From IMG/VR virus record IMGVR_UViG_3300011335_000450, positions 1-32,374 of that record: a stretch of 32,374 nucleotides of DNA; one strand, 5' to 3'. Within the stretch, counting starts at the first letter, position 1. Each line of letters starts with the position of its first letter. The notes below the pieces were generated by a model, which saw only the letters and a list, made by a program, of their open reading frames with translations, had not been told where the DNA came from and did not search any database. This document shows, in pieces, positions 16,669-23,645 of this stretch. Made by a program: the position numbers and the translations under genes. Origin of the DNA: a virus (lineage: Duplodnaviria; Caudoviricetes).

Positions 16669-16804
16669 TGTTGACATTAAAAAATTTACACCCCTACCAA
16701 CAACGACTGGTGCAGGAGAGCAAGACTCAGCCGCACATGGGCCTGTTGATGGACATGGGACTGGGCAAGACGATAACGGCCCTGACAATACTCAGCCAAC
16801 TTGA
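16556..16804 (+). CDS. Small overlapping hypothetical protein, 82 aa
   Basis: Strong AAGGAGGT RBS 6 nt before the ATG; overlaps both neighbours. Confidence 0.45.
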   Translation: MEVHDRPHLATLQIPTSLAPRVIALLTTLQQGKEQAIDVDIKKFTPLPTTTGAGEQDSAAHGPVDGHGTGQDDNGPDNTQPT

Positions 16805-18005
16805 GGGCAAGACGCTGATCATTGGCCCAAAGGCCGTCGTTAAAAACGTTTGGAAACAGGAGGCAGAAAATTGGACGCACACAGAGAAGATGAAGTTTGC
16901 CCTTATTGTGGGAAGTCCACAAGAGAGGCTGAAAGCGTTGCAGAGCGATTCGACCGCGTATTTGATCAATGTCGAGAACGTGGTCTGGCTGTTCGAGCAA
17001 GCCTCATTACCGCGTTGGAAGACATTAGTGATCGACGAGTCAAGCAGGTTCAAGAATCCATCCTCGAAACGATGGAAGACCTTGAAGGGACAATTGAAGA
17101 ACTTCGAGCACAGGTACATACTTACAGGAACACCAACCCCGAAGTCGTACTTAGACCTGTGGACCCAAGTAGGTATATTGGATTTGGGCCAACGTCTCGG
17201 CAAATCGATGACTTCATACAAGGAGAAGTTCTTCGAGCCAGACACCCGAGATCGTAGGACGGGCATGGTGTGGAGTTGGAAGTTAAGACCCAACGCCAAG
17301 GAACAGATCGACACCCTGATTGGGGACATTTGCGTATCCCTGCGCAAGGAAGACTATCTGACCATGCCACAGCGTCAGGACATTGTGCACACCATAGAGT
17401 GGGAGAAGGGACCCAAACAGGCCTACAACACCATGCGCAAGGAAATGGTTGTCGAGGTGGAAGAGGAGACACTGACCGCGGCGTCTGCCGGCGTGCTCAC
17501 AGGCAAGCTACTGCAAATGACCGCGGGGGCCATTTACTCAGAAACCAAAGACGTGGTGCACATCCATGACACCAAACTGGAATACCTGACCGACATGTTG
17601 GACGACACACCCACAATTGTGTTCTACAACTTCAAACACAGCCTAAAACGGCTTCAGGGCGTTTTTCCTGACGCGGTGCTACTCAGCCCTGACGACGAGA
17701 AAACAATCGCTCTATGGCGCTCTGGTAAGGTCCCAGTGCTACTTTGCCACCCTAAAAGCGTGGGAATTGGCCTGAACCTGCAGTGCAACGTGGGTGACAC
17801 GGCCCAGATCGTATGGTTCGACCTACCATGGTCCAGTGAAGACTACCTACAAGCCAACGCGCGCCTGTTCCGACAGGGGCAAGAAAAGCCTGTAATTATT
17901 CATCACCTGACAATGCAAAAAAGTATTGACAGTCAGGTCATGGACGTGCTAGAAGGGAAGATCGATATGCAAAACGCGTTAATGAACGCGCTCAAACTTC
18001 AATGA
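16665..18005 (+). CDS. SNF2-family (SF2) helicase
   Basis: DMGLGKT, DESS, LTGTP, GIGLNLQ, QANARLFRQGQ. Confidence 0.93.
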   Translation: MMLTLKNLHPYQQRLVQESKTQPHMGLLMDMGLGKTITALTILSQLEGKTLIIGPKAVVKNVWKQEAENWTHTEKMKFALIVGSPQERLKALQSDSTAYLINVENVVWLFEQASLPRWKTLVIDESSRFKNPSSKRWKTLKGQLKNFEHRYILTGTPTPKSYLDLWTQVGILDLGQRLGKSMTSYKEKFFEPDTRDRRTGMVWSWKLRPNAKEQIDTLIGDICVSLRKEDYLTMPQRQDIVHTIEWEKGPKQAYNTMRKEMVVEVEEETLTAASAGVLTGKLLQMTAGAIYSETKDVVHIHDTKLEYLTDMLDDTPTIVFYNFKHSLKRLQGVFPDAVLLSPDDEKTIALWRSGKVPVLLCHPKSVGIGLNLQCNVGDTAQIVWFDLPWSSEDYLQANARLFRQGQEKPVIIHHLTMQKSIDSQVMDVLEGKIDMQNALMNALKLQ

Positions 18006-18298
18006 TCAAAGTAAACGCCACCATCCGCAGGCTTTCAGACGAAGAGCCGGATCCTCTTGAGCACGAGGATTCGTCCTCCGAACCTACCACCGGCGGCATG
18101 GGTTGGGCGCCGTGGGGACCAGACACCATCCAAGACGTGTACAACGTCGTGGCGGAGAAGCTGACCCCACAACAGAGGGAAATCATTGAGGCGCACCTGT
18201 CAGGGTACAACTACCATGATCTGGCAGTGACCCAAAAATACTGGCGCTACCATTTTGCGGCGGCGGTTGCTAAGATACGAAAGGAGTTAAAATTGTGA
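18002..18298 (+). CDS. Stand-alone sigma-70 region-4-like HTH protein
   Basis: LTPQQREII...GYNYHDLA...AVAKIRKEL resembles region 4; the HTH turn looks about 4 aa short. Confidence 0.5.
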   Translation: MIKVNATIRRLSDEEPDPLEHEDSSSEPTTGGMGWAPWGPDTIQDVYNVVAEKLTPQQREIIEAHLSGYNYHDLAVTQKYWRYHFAAAVAKIRKELKL

Positions 18299-18489
18299 AC
18301 GGGTACATAGTAGAATATGTCAAACAAGGGTGGCCTACAATAGACATTCAGGTTGACGCCAAGCACCCCATGTTCGAAAAAGATCAAGACGTGCTGTCAA
18401 TATGGCACTTTGAGAACGAAGACGAACGGGATTTCATACTGCGGGATTTACGCAAGTTTAGAGAACAGCAAACAAAAGGATTAGCATAA
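18295..18489 (+). CDS. Hypothetical protein, 64 aa
   Basis: AAGGAG RBS; GTGA overlap. Confidence 0.7.
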   Translation: MNGYIVEYVKQGWPTIDIQVDAKHPMFEKDQDVLSIWHFENEDERDFILRDLRKFREQQTKGLA

Positions 18490-18680
18490 TGGCAAACGAA
18501 GCAACAAATTTATTAACATCTTTGGGCGTAAAACCAAAAGAGCAACGCATTCAGGAAATGGCCGGAGCGGTGACACGATTAGTGGTAAACGAGGCATTAC
18601 GCGAAGCCAAGGCCCGTGCACAGGTGCGAGACGCAAATACTCAGGTGCAGAAGGTCGAAAAGCCCTCGCAAAATGGGTAA
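18489..18680 (+). CDS. Hypothetical protein, 63 aa
   Basis: AAGGA RBS; TAATG coupling. Confidence 0.7.
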   Translation: MANEATNLLTSLGVKPKEQRIQEMAGAVTRLVVNEALREAKARAQVRDANTQVQKVEKPSQNG

Positions 18681-18728
18681 TTCTATATAGGAAAGGCCTT
18701 TTTAGGCCTTGAATATAAGGTATACACC

Positions 18729-19118
18729 ATGGCAACGAAATCCAAATACGAGTTCAAAACGGAGATGTGCGACCAACTGATAGAGTTGGGCAAGGTAGGC
18801 GCGTCCCAAAAAATGATGTTTGCAAGTGTCGGAATCAGTTCCGCGGCCGCGCAGACGTTCAAGAAAAACCACCCAGAGTTTGCGGAAGCACTGGACATGG
18901 CCATCACCCACTCACAGGCTTACTGGGAAACCCAGTTGCTTGCCAACGTGGAGAACAAGGCCTTTAACAGCAGGGTGGCTGAGATCGCGTTGAGGGGTCA
19001 ATTCCCCTCTGACTACCGCGACGACAAGAGCAGTAAGCTTGAAGTCAAGGCGGACGTCGTGTTGGATTTTTCAGGTGCGGTTACCGACTTGATTACGGCG
19101 CTCAAAAAAGCGGCGTAA
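18729..19118 (+). CDS. Probable terminase small subunit
   Basis: N-terminal HTH, HPEFAEAL...AYWE, C-terminal beta-strand tail; pattern recalled from phage TerS proteins. Confidence 0.6.
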   Translation: MATKSKYEFKTEMCDQLIELGKVGASQKMMFASVGISSAAAQTFKKNHPEFAEALDMAITHSQAYWETQLLANVENKAFNSRVAEIALRGQFPSDYRDDKSSKLEVKADVVLDFSGAVTDLITALKKAA

Positions 19119-19124
19119 CAATAC

Positions 19125-19178
19125 GTCGGCACTTAGCAATAAGTTCCGACATTTCGTAAGCCCCGAGAGGGGCTTTTT
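19125..19178 (+). terminator. Two GNRA-loop hairpins; the second is a Rho-independent terminator
   Basis: GTCGGcACTTA-GCAA-TAAGTtCCGAC (19125-19150); AAGCCCC-GAGA-GGGGCTT-TTT (19158-19178). Confidence 0.8.
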
Positions 19179-19202
19179 CACCTTTGCATAAAGGAGAGCA
19201 TC

Positions 19203-20324
19203 ATCGCTACACATGCACTACTCAGTGCCTCAGGGTCCAAACGTTGGATGTCATGTACACCCAGCGCGCGACTAGAGGCCTCACTCCCCGAACCTAAACG
19301 AAAAGCCGGCGCGTTCGACTTCAGCCAAGAGGGCACCACAGCCCACACCATGGCAGAGGCCAAGCTACGCCGGCATTTTGGACAGATGACGGCCAAGGAG
19401 TACAACGAGGCGATTGCAGAGGTCAAGGCAACACCTTACTACGACGAAGACTTTGAGGCGCACGTAGACAACTACGTGCTCTACGTTCGTTCGCAAATTG
19501 GTGAGGGCGATACCCCTTACTTTGAGCAACGAGTGGACTTCAGTGAGTGGGTGCCTGACGGGTTCGGCACAGCCGACGTGGTCATAATGAGCGAGAACAA
19601 GGTTCGAGTAATCGACCTGAAATTCGGCAAGGGGGTGCCGGTGGACGCCGCGGACAACCCGCAACTGAGGCTGTATGGCCTTGGTGGTTGGTACAAGTAC
19701 AAGGACGAGCACCCAAACATCACCCACGTCGAATACACCATTCACCAACCCCGACTGGACAGCATCACCACCGAAACAGTGACGCTAGAAAGTTTGCAAG
19801 ACTGGGCCGTGCATGTAGTAAAACCCAAGGCCAAAAAGGCACACGCCGGCCAAGGGGAGTTCATGGCAGGAAGCCACTGTCAATTCTGTAGGGCCAAGTC
19901 ACAGTGCAGGGCCCGAGCAGACTTTAACAACGTGGCCGCGGCGGCTGATTTCAAGGCGCCAGCACTCCTGTCAGAAACCGAGTTGATGAAGATACTCTCA
20001 GACGCGGCTAAGACACGCAAGTGGCTTTCCGATGTTGAAGAATATATGTTGACACAGGCAACGGACCATGGCATAGTGCCTACTGGTTACGAGTTGGGGC
20101 AGACAAGCACAAATCGTAAAATAGAGGCGCAAGAGGATGCGGCGAAAAAGTTGCAGAAAGCAGGGTTTGATGATATATTCACCACACCTAGTTTAAAATC
20201 TGTGGCACAATTGGAAAAGCAAGTGGGCAAGGGGCACCTCCAAGATATTCTTGGTGACCTGATTGTCAAACCTGCAGGCGAGCCCAAGTTGGTCCCGTCA
20301 AAAGCCAGAGAAGATTTTGCGTAA
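19203..20324 (+). CDS. DUF2800 Cas4-like PD-(D/E)xK exonuclease; apparent ATC start
   Basis: HALLSASGSKRWMSC, EGTTAH, FGTAD, IDLKFG, QLRLY, HCQFC...C. Confidence 0.88.
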   Translation: MATHALLSASGSKRWMSCTPSARLEASLPEPKRKAGAFDFSQEGTTAHTMAEAKLRRHFGQMTAKEYNEAIAEVKATPYYDEDFEAHVDNYVLYVRSQIGEGDTPYFEQRVDFSEWVPDGFGTADVVIMSENKVRVIDLKFGKGVPVDAADNPQLRLYGLGGWYKYKDEHPNITHVEYTIHQPRLDSITTETVTLESLQDWAVHVVKPKAKKAHAGQGEFMAGSHCQFCRAKSQCRARADFNNVAAAADFKAPALLSETELMKILSDAAKTRKWLSDVEEYMLTQATDHGIVPTGYELGQTSTNRKIEAQEDAAKKLQKAGFDDIFTTPSLKSVAQLEKQVGKGHLQDILGDLIVKPAGEPKLVPSKAREDFA

Positions 20325-20384
20325 GTAGGGTATTGGGAGCCGCCCTTTTTAAAGGCTCTCGAACAAGTAAACAAGGAGGCCAAG

Positions 20385-20900
20385 ATGGCCAAAGTTAGTG
20401 AAAAAGTGGTTACCGGTAAAGTTCGTTTTTCTTATGTCAACGTGTTCAAAGCCGTTGCAATGGAAGAGGGGATGACACCCAAGTTTTCTGTGTCGATCAT
20501 TATTGACAAGAAAGACAAGGACACGATTGACAGAGTCAACGCGGCGTTTGAAAAAGCCAAGGCGGCAAGCGCCACGCTTTTTGGTGGCACAGTGCCTAAG
20601 GGCCTTAAAGGCGGCCTGCGTGATGGTGATGCTGAGAAGGACGACCCTGCGTACGCAAACTCGTTTTTCATCAACGCCAACACGTACCAAAAGCCCGGCG
20701 TTGTTGACGCTGATTTGAACCCAATCATTGACCCAGAAGAGTTGTATTCTGGTTGCTACGGCAGGGCGTCTTTGACGTTCTACGCGTACAACCAACAAGG
20801 CTCCAAGGGTATTGCCTGCGGTTTGAGCAACTTGCAAAAGTTGTCTGACGGCGATCGTTTGGGCGGTGGATCTTCTGCCGCTTCGGACTTCGCGGTCTAA
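20385..20900 (+). CDS. Phage single-stranded DNA-binding protein (DUF2815)
   Basis: AAGGAGG RBS; VRFSY, LRDGD, YSGCY, GIACGL.NLQK..DG..LGG. Confidence 0.88.
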   Translation: MAKVSEKVVTGKVRFSYVNVFKAVAMEEGMTPKFSVSIIIDKKDKDTIDRVNAAFEKAKAASATLFGGTVPKGLKGGLRDGDAEKDDPAYANSFFINANTYQKPGVVDADLNPIIDPEELYSGCYGRASLTFYAYNQQGSKGIACGLSNLQKLSDGDRLGGGSSAASDFAV

Positions 20901-20910
20901 GTAGGTTGGT

Positions 20911-20936
20911 GGGTTGTAGCTTATAAGCTACAACCC
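20911..20936. repeat. Perfect 26-bp palindrome after the SSB gene
   Basis: GGGTTGTAGCTTATAAGCTACAACCC. Confidence 0.8.
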
Positions 20937-20965
20937 TAATTTGTTTAATATACTGAACATTTATT

Positions 20966-21145
20966 ATGATCAAACTTGAATTTACTGTCGATGAAACTAA
21001 CCACATTCTTGGTTTGTTGGGCAAGCTTCCCTTTGCTGAAGTTAACATGACCATCATGGCCATTGTTGACCAAGGCCGCCCACAAGCAGAAGCTTTAGAA
21101 GCCGCGAAAGCCGCAGAAGAAGCCAAAGAAAAAACAGAAGAATAA
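20966..21145 (+). CDS. 59-aa hypothetical protein (not in ORF track)
   Basis: MIKLEFTVDETNHILGLLGKLPFAEV...; followed by a terminator. Confidence 0.65.
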   Translation: MIKLEFTVDETNHILGLLGKLPFAEVNMTIMAIVDQGRPQAEALEAAKAAEEAKEKTEE

Positions 21146-21162
21146 ATTCTGTTGCACCCGAC

Positions 21163-21189
21163 GCCCACTCTCACGCGTGGGCTTTTTTT
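21163..21189 (+). terminator. Rho-independent terminator
   Basis: GCCCAC-N8-GTGGGC-T7. Confidence 0.75.
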
Positions 21190-21213
21190 GTCTCTAAAAT
21201 TTATCACCATAAA

Positions 21214-23082
21214 ATGAACCAATACCAACAATACATTCACAAGAGCCGTTACGCTAAGTTCATGCCAGATCAAAATCGACGTGAGGACTGGAACGAAACT
21301 GTAAACCGCTACGTGAACTACATTTTTGAAAAGACCCCCAAGCTTGATCCTGCCCTGTATCAAGATATTTTTAACGCCATATCTGGCCATCACATCATGC
21401 CGTCAATGCGCGCCATGATGACCTCTGGAAAAGCCGCCGATCGTGACAACACCTGTGTATACAACTGCTCATACCTCCCCGTGGACGACGTCAAGTCATT
21501 TGACGAAGCCATGTTCATTCTGCTCTGTGGTACAGGTGTCGGCTTCTCTGTGGAATCTAAGTACACCAACAAACTGCCCGACGTGCCAGAGCGCCTGTTT
21601 GAGTCCAGCCACGTTATCAACGTGCACGACAGCAAAGAGGGTTGGGCAAAGTCTTACCGCCTGCTGTTAGCCAACCTGTACGCCGGCGAGATCCCAAAAT
21701 GGGACGTGAGCAAGGTGCGCGCCGCAGGCACGCCCCTGAAGACCTTTGGTGGCCGCGCATCCGGTCCAGAGCCACTGGTTGACCTGTTCCACTTCACAAT
21801 CAAAATCTTCAAGGCCGCACAGGGCCGCAAGCTGAACACGCTTGAGTGCCACGACATAATGTGCAAGATCGGTGAGGTTGTTGTGGTGGGTGGCGTGCGC
21901 CGCTCTGCCATGATCTCTTTGTCCGACCTGAACGACGAACGCATCCGCTACGCCAAGTCCGGTAATTGGTGGGAGACAGCAGGACACCGCGCACTGGCCA
22001 ACAACAGCGCGGTGTACGACGTCAAACCTACTGTGGGCACGTTCTTGGAAGAGTGGACGTCGCTGTATAACAGCCACTCAGGCGAGCGCGGTATCTTTAA
22101 CCGCGAGGCCGCCAAGGCCGCGGTGGCCAAGTACGGCAAGCGTGACCCCAACTTTGAGTTTGGCACAAACCCCTGCAGTGAGATCATTCTGCGCCCCTAC
22201 CAGTTCTGTAATTTGACAGAGGTAATGGTGCGTCCTGAGGACACACTGGAGAGCCTGAAGCAGAAGGTGCGCATGGCGGCCATTTTAGGCACCATACAGG
22301 CCACGTTCACACACTTCCCGTACCTGCGTAAGGTCTGGCAACGAAACACCGAAGAAGAGCGTTTGTTGGGTGTGTCATTGACCGGCATCTACGACCACAA
22401 GGTTACGAGTAACCCAGACGGAGCCGCGTTGTGGTTGCCCCAGTTGCGTTTGGTTGCTGAAGAGGCCAACGCTGAGTTTGCAGACCTGCTTGGTATTCCA
22501 CGCTCAACAGCCATTACAGCCGTTAAGCCCAGTGGTACAGTGAGCCAGTTGACAGACACAGCAAGCGGCATTCACCCACGCCACTCACCCTACTACGTCC
22601 GCCGCGTGCGCGGTGACATGAAGGACCCACTGTCTCAGTTCTTGGTTACCCAAGGCATCCCCAACGAGCCCTGTGTGATGAAGCCTAACAACACAATCGT
22701 GTTCAGCTTCCCACAAAAAGCGCCAGAGGGTTTGACCACACGCGACGACATTGACGCGATTGACCACTTGGGTCTGTGGCTGACGTATCAGCGCCACTGG
22801 TGTGAGCACAAGCCCTCTGTGACCATCTCGGTCAAAGAGAGCGAGTGGCCTAAGGTGGGTGCGTTTGTTTGGGACCACTTTGACGAAATGTCAGGCGTGT
22901 CGTTCTTGCCCCACGACGGCGGCACGTACAGACAGGCCCCGTACGAAGAGTGCACCAAAGAAGAGTACGATACACTGTTGGCGCAAATGCCAACAATCGA
23001 GTGGGCAAAGTTTGCCGAAAACACCGATAATGTGGAAGGCGCTCAAATGCTTGCCTGTGTGGCCGGCGTATGCGAACTTTAA
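21214..23082 (+). CDS. nrdJ: Class II (adenosylcobalamin-dependent) ribonucleotide reductase
   Basis: YNC, GTGVGF, GGVRRSA, TNPCSEI, CNLTE, KPSGTVS, C-terminal CxxxxC; no beta-subunit gene nearby. Confidence 0.92.
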   Translation: MNQYQQYIHKSRYAKFMPDQNRREDWNETVNRYVNYIFEKTPKLDPALYQDIFNAISGHHIMPSMRAMMTSGKAADRDNTCVYNCSYLPVDDVKSFDEAMFILLCGTGVGFSVESKYTNKLPDVPERLFESSHVINVHDSKEGWAKSYRLLLANLYAGEIPKWDVSKVRAAGTPLKTFGGRASGPEPLVDLFHFTIKIFKAAQGRKLNTLECHDIMCKIGEVVVVGGVRRSAMISLSDLNDERIRYAKSGNWWETAGHRALANNSAVYDVKPTVGTFLEEWTSLYNSHSGERGIFNREAAKAAVAKYGKRDPNFEFGTNPCSEIILRPYQFCNLTEVMVRPEDTLESLKQKVRMAAILGTIQATFTHFPYLRKVWQRNTEEERLLGVSLTGIYDHKVTSNPDGAALWLPQLRLVAEEANAEFADLLGIPRSTAITAVKPSGTVSQLTDTASGIHPRHSPYYVRRVRGDMKDPLSQFLVTQGIPNEPCVMKPNNTIVFSFPQKAPEGLTTRDDIDAIDHLGLWLTYQRHWCEHKPSVTISVKESEWPKVGAFVWDHFDEMSGVSFLPHDGGTYRQAPYEECTKEEYDTLLAQMPTIEWAKFAENTDNVEGAQMLACVAGVCEL

Positions 23083-23091
23083 GGAGCAAAG

Positions 23092-23238
23092 ATGAAAGAT
23101 AAAATTTTACGAATTTGTGAAAACGTTCTTGGTGCTTTTACTATGTTAGTGGGAATAATTGGCGCGGCATACCTTGGCTTTATTGCCCTTGGTTTGTGGG
23201 CCCATTTACACCAGTACGCACTGAGCGCTTTCAAATGA
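23092..23238 (+). CDS. 48-aa single-TM protein (not in ORF track)
   Basis: AAGGAG RBS; hydrophobic core; ATGA overlap with the next gene. Confidence 0.65.
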   Translation: MKDKILRICENVLGAFTMLVGIIGAAYLGFIALGLWAHLHQYALSAFK

Positions 23239-23540
23239 AAGAAGGCGTCAAGTACGACGGCGATAAGATACGATGGTCCCTACTGCCCCTCGGGGCGGTT
23301 AGGGAAGTCGTTGAGGTGCTTGAGTACGGCGCCCATAAGTACGCACCAGACAACTGGCGCAAAGTCCCAGACAAAGAGCAACGTTACTGGGACGCGGCCA
23401 TGCGACACATTGTCGAGTGGAAAATTGGTGATAATTTAGACAGCGAGACAAACAAGTCACACCTAGCCCACGCGGCGTGTTGCTTGTTGTACTTACTGGC
23501 TTTTGAACAAGAAGCGCGCAACGAAAAAAGTGTGTTATAG
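23235..23540 (+). CDS. DUF5664 dATP/dGTP diphosphohydrolase-like protein
   Basis: KYD..K.RWSLLP...V..YGA.KY...NW...AAMRH...D.ET...HLAHA. Confidence 0.85.
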   Translation: MKEGVKYDGDKIRWSLLPLGAVREVVEVLEYGAHKYAPDNWRKVPDKEQRYWDAAMRHIVEWKIGDNLDSETNKSHLAHAACCLLYLLAFEQEARNEKSVL

Positions 23541-23546
23541 TTTGAG

Positions 23547-23611
23547 GGTGTTTCATGGTGAGTCCTTGGTTGGGCTTTTAGCAGGGGAGGCAACTTCCCT
23601 GCTCTTTTTTT
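23547..23611 (+). ncRNA. Candidate small RNA with an anti-RBS/start-codon seed
   Basis: Extended -10 TGtTATAGT (23533-23541); seed TTTCATGGTGAGTCCTT; ends in an intrinsic terminator. Confidence 0.4.
23580..23611 (+). terminator. Rho-independent terminator
   Basis: AGCAGGGGAG-GCAA-CTTCCCTGCT-C-T7. Confidence 0.85.
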
Positions 23612-23645
23612 AACGCAGATTCGTCTGCATGCCTTAGGAGCAGTT

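Noticed and set aside
20725-21393. 222-aa minus-strand ORF and other long antisense ORFs across 1-25589
   Set aside because: Antisense shadows of well-supported + strand genes; no motifs or RBS
23235-23540. Z-genome (2-aminoadenine) system
   Set aside because: DUF5664 alone is insufficient; no PurZ-like gene in the window
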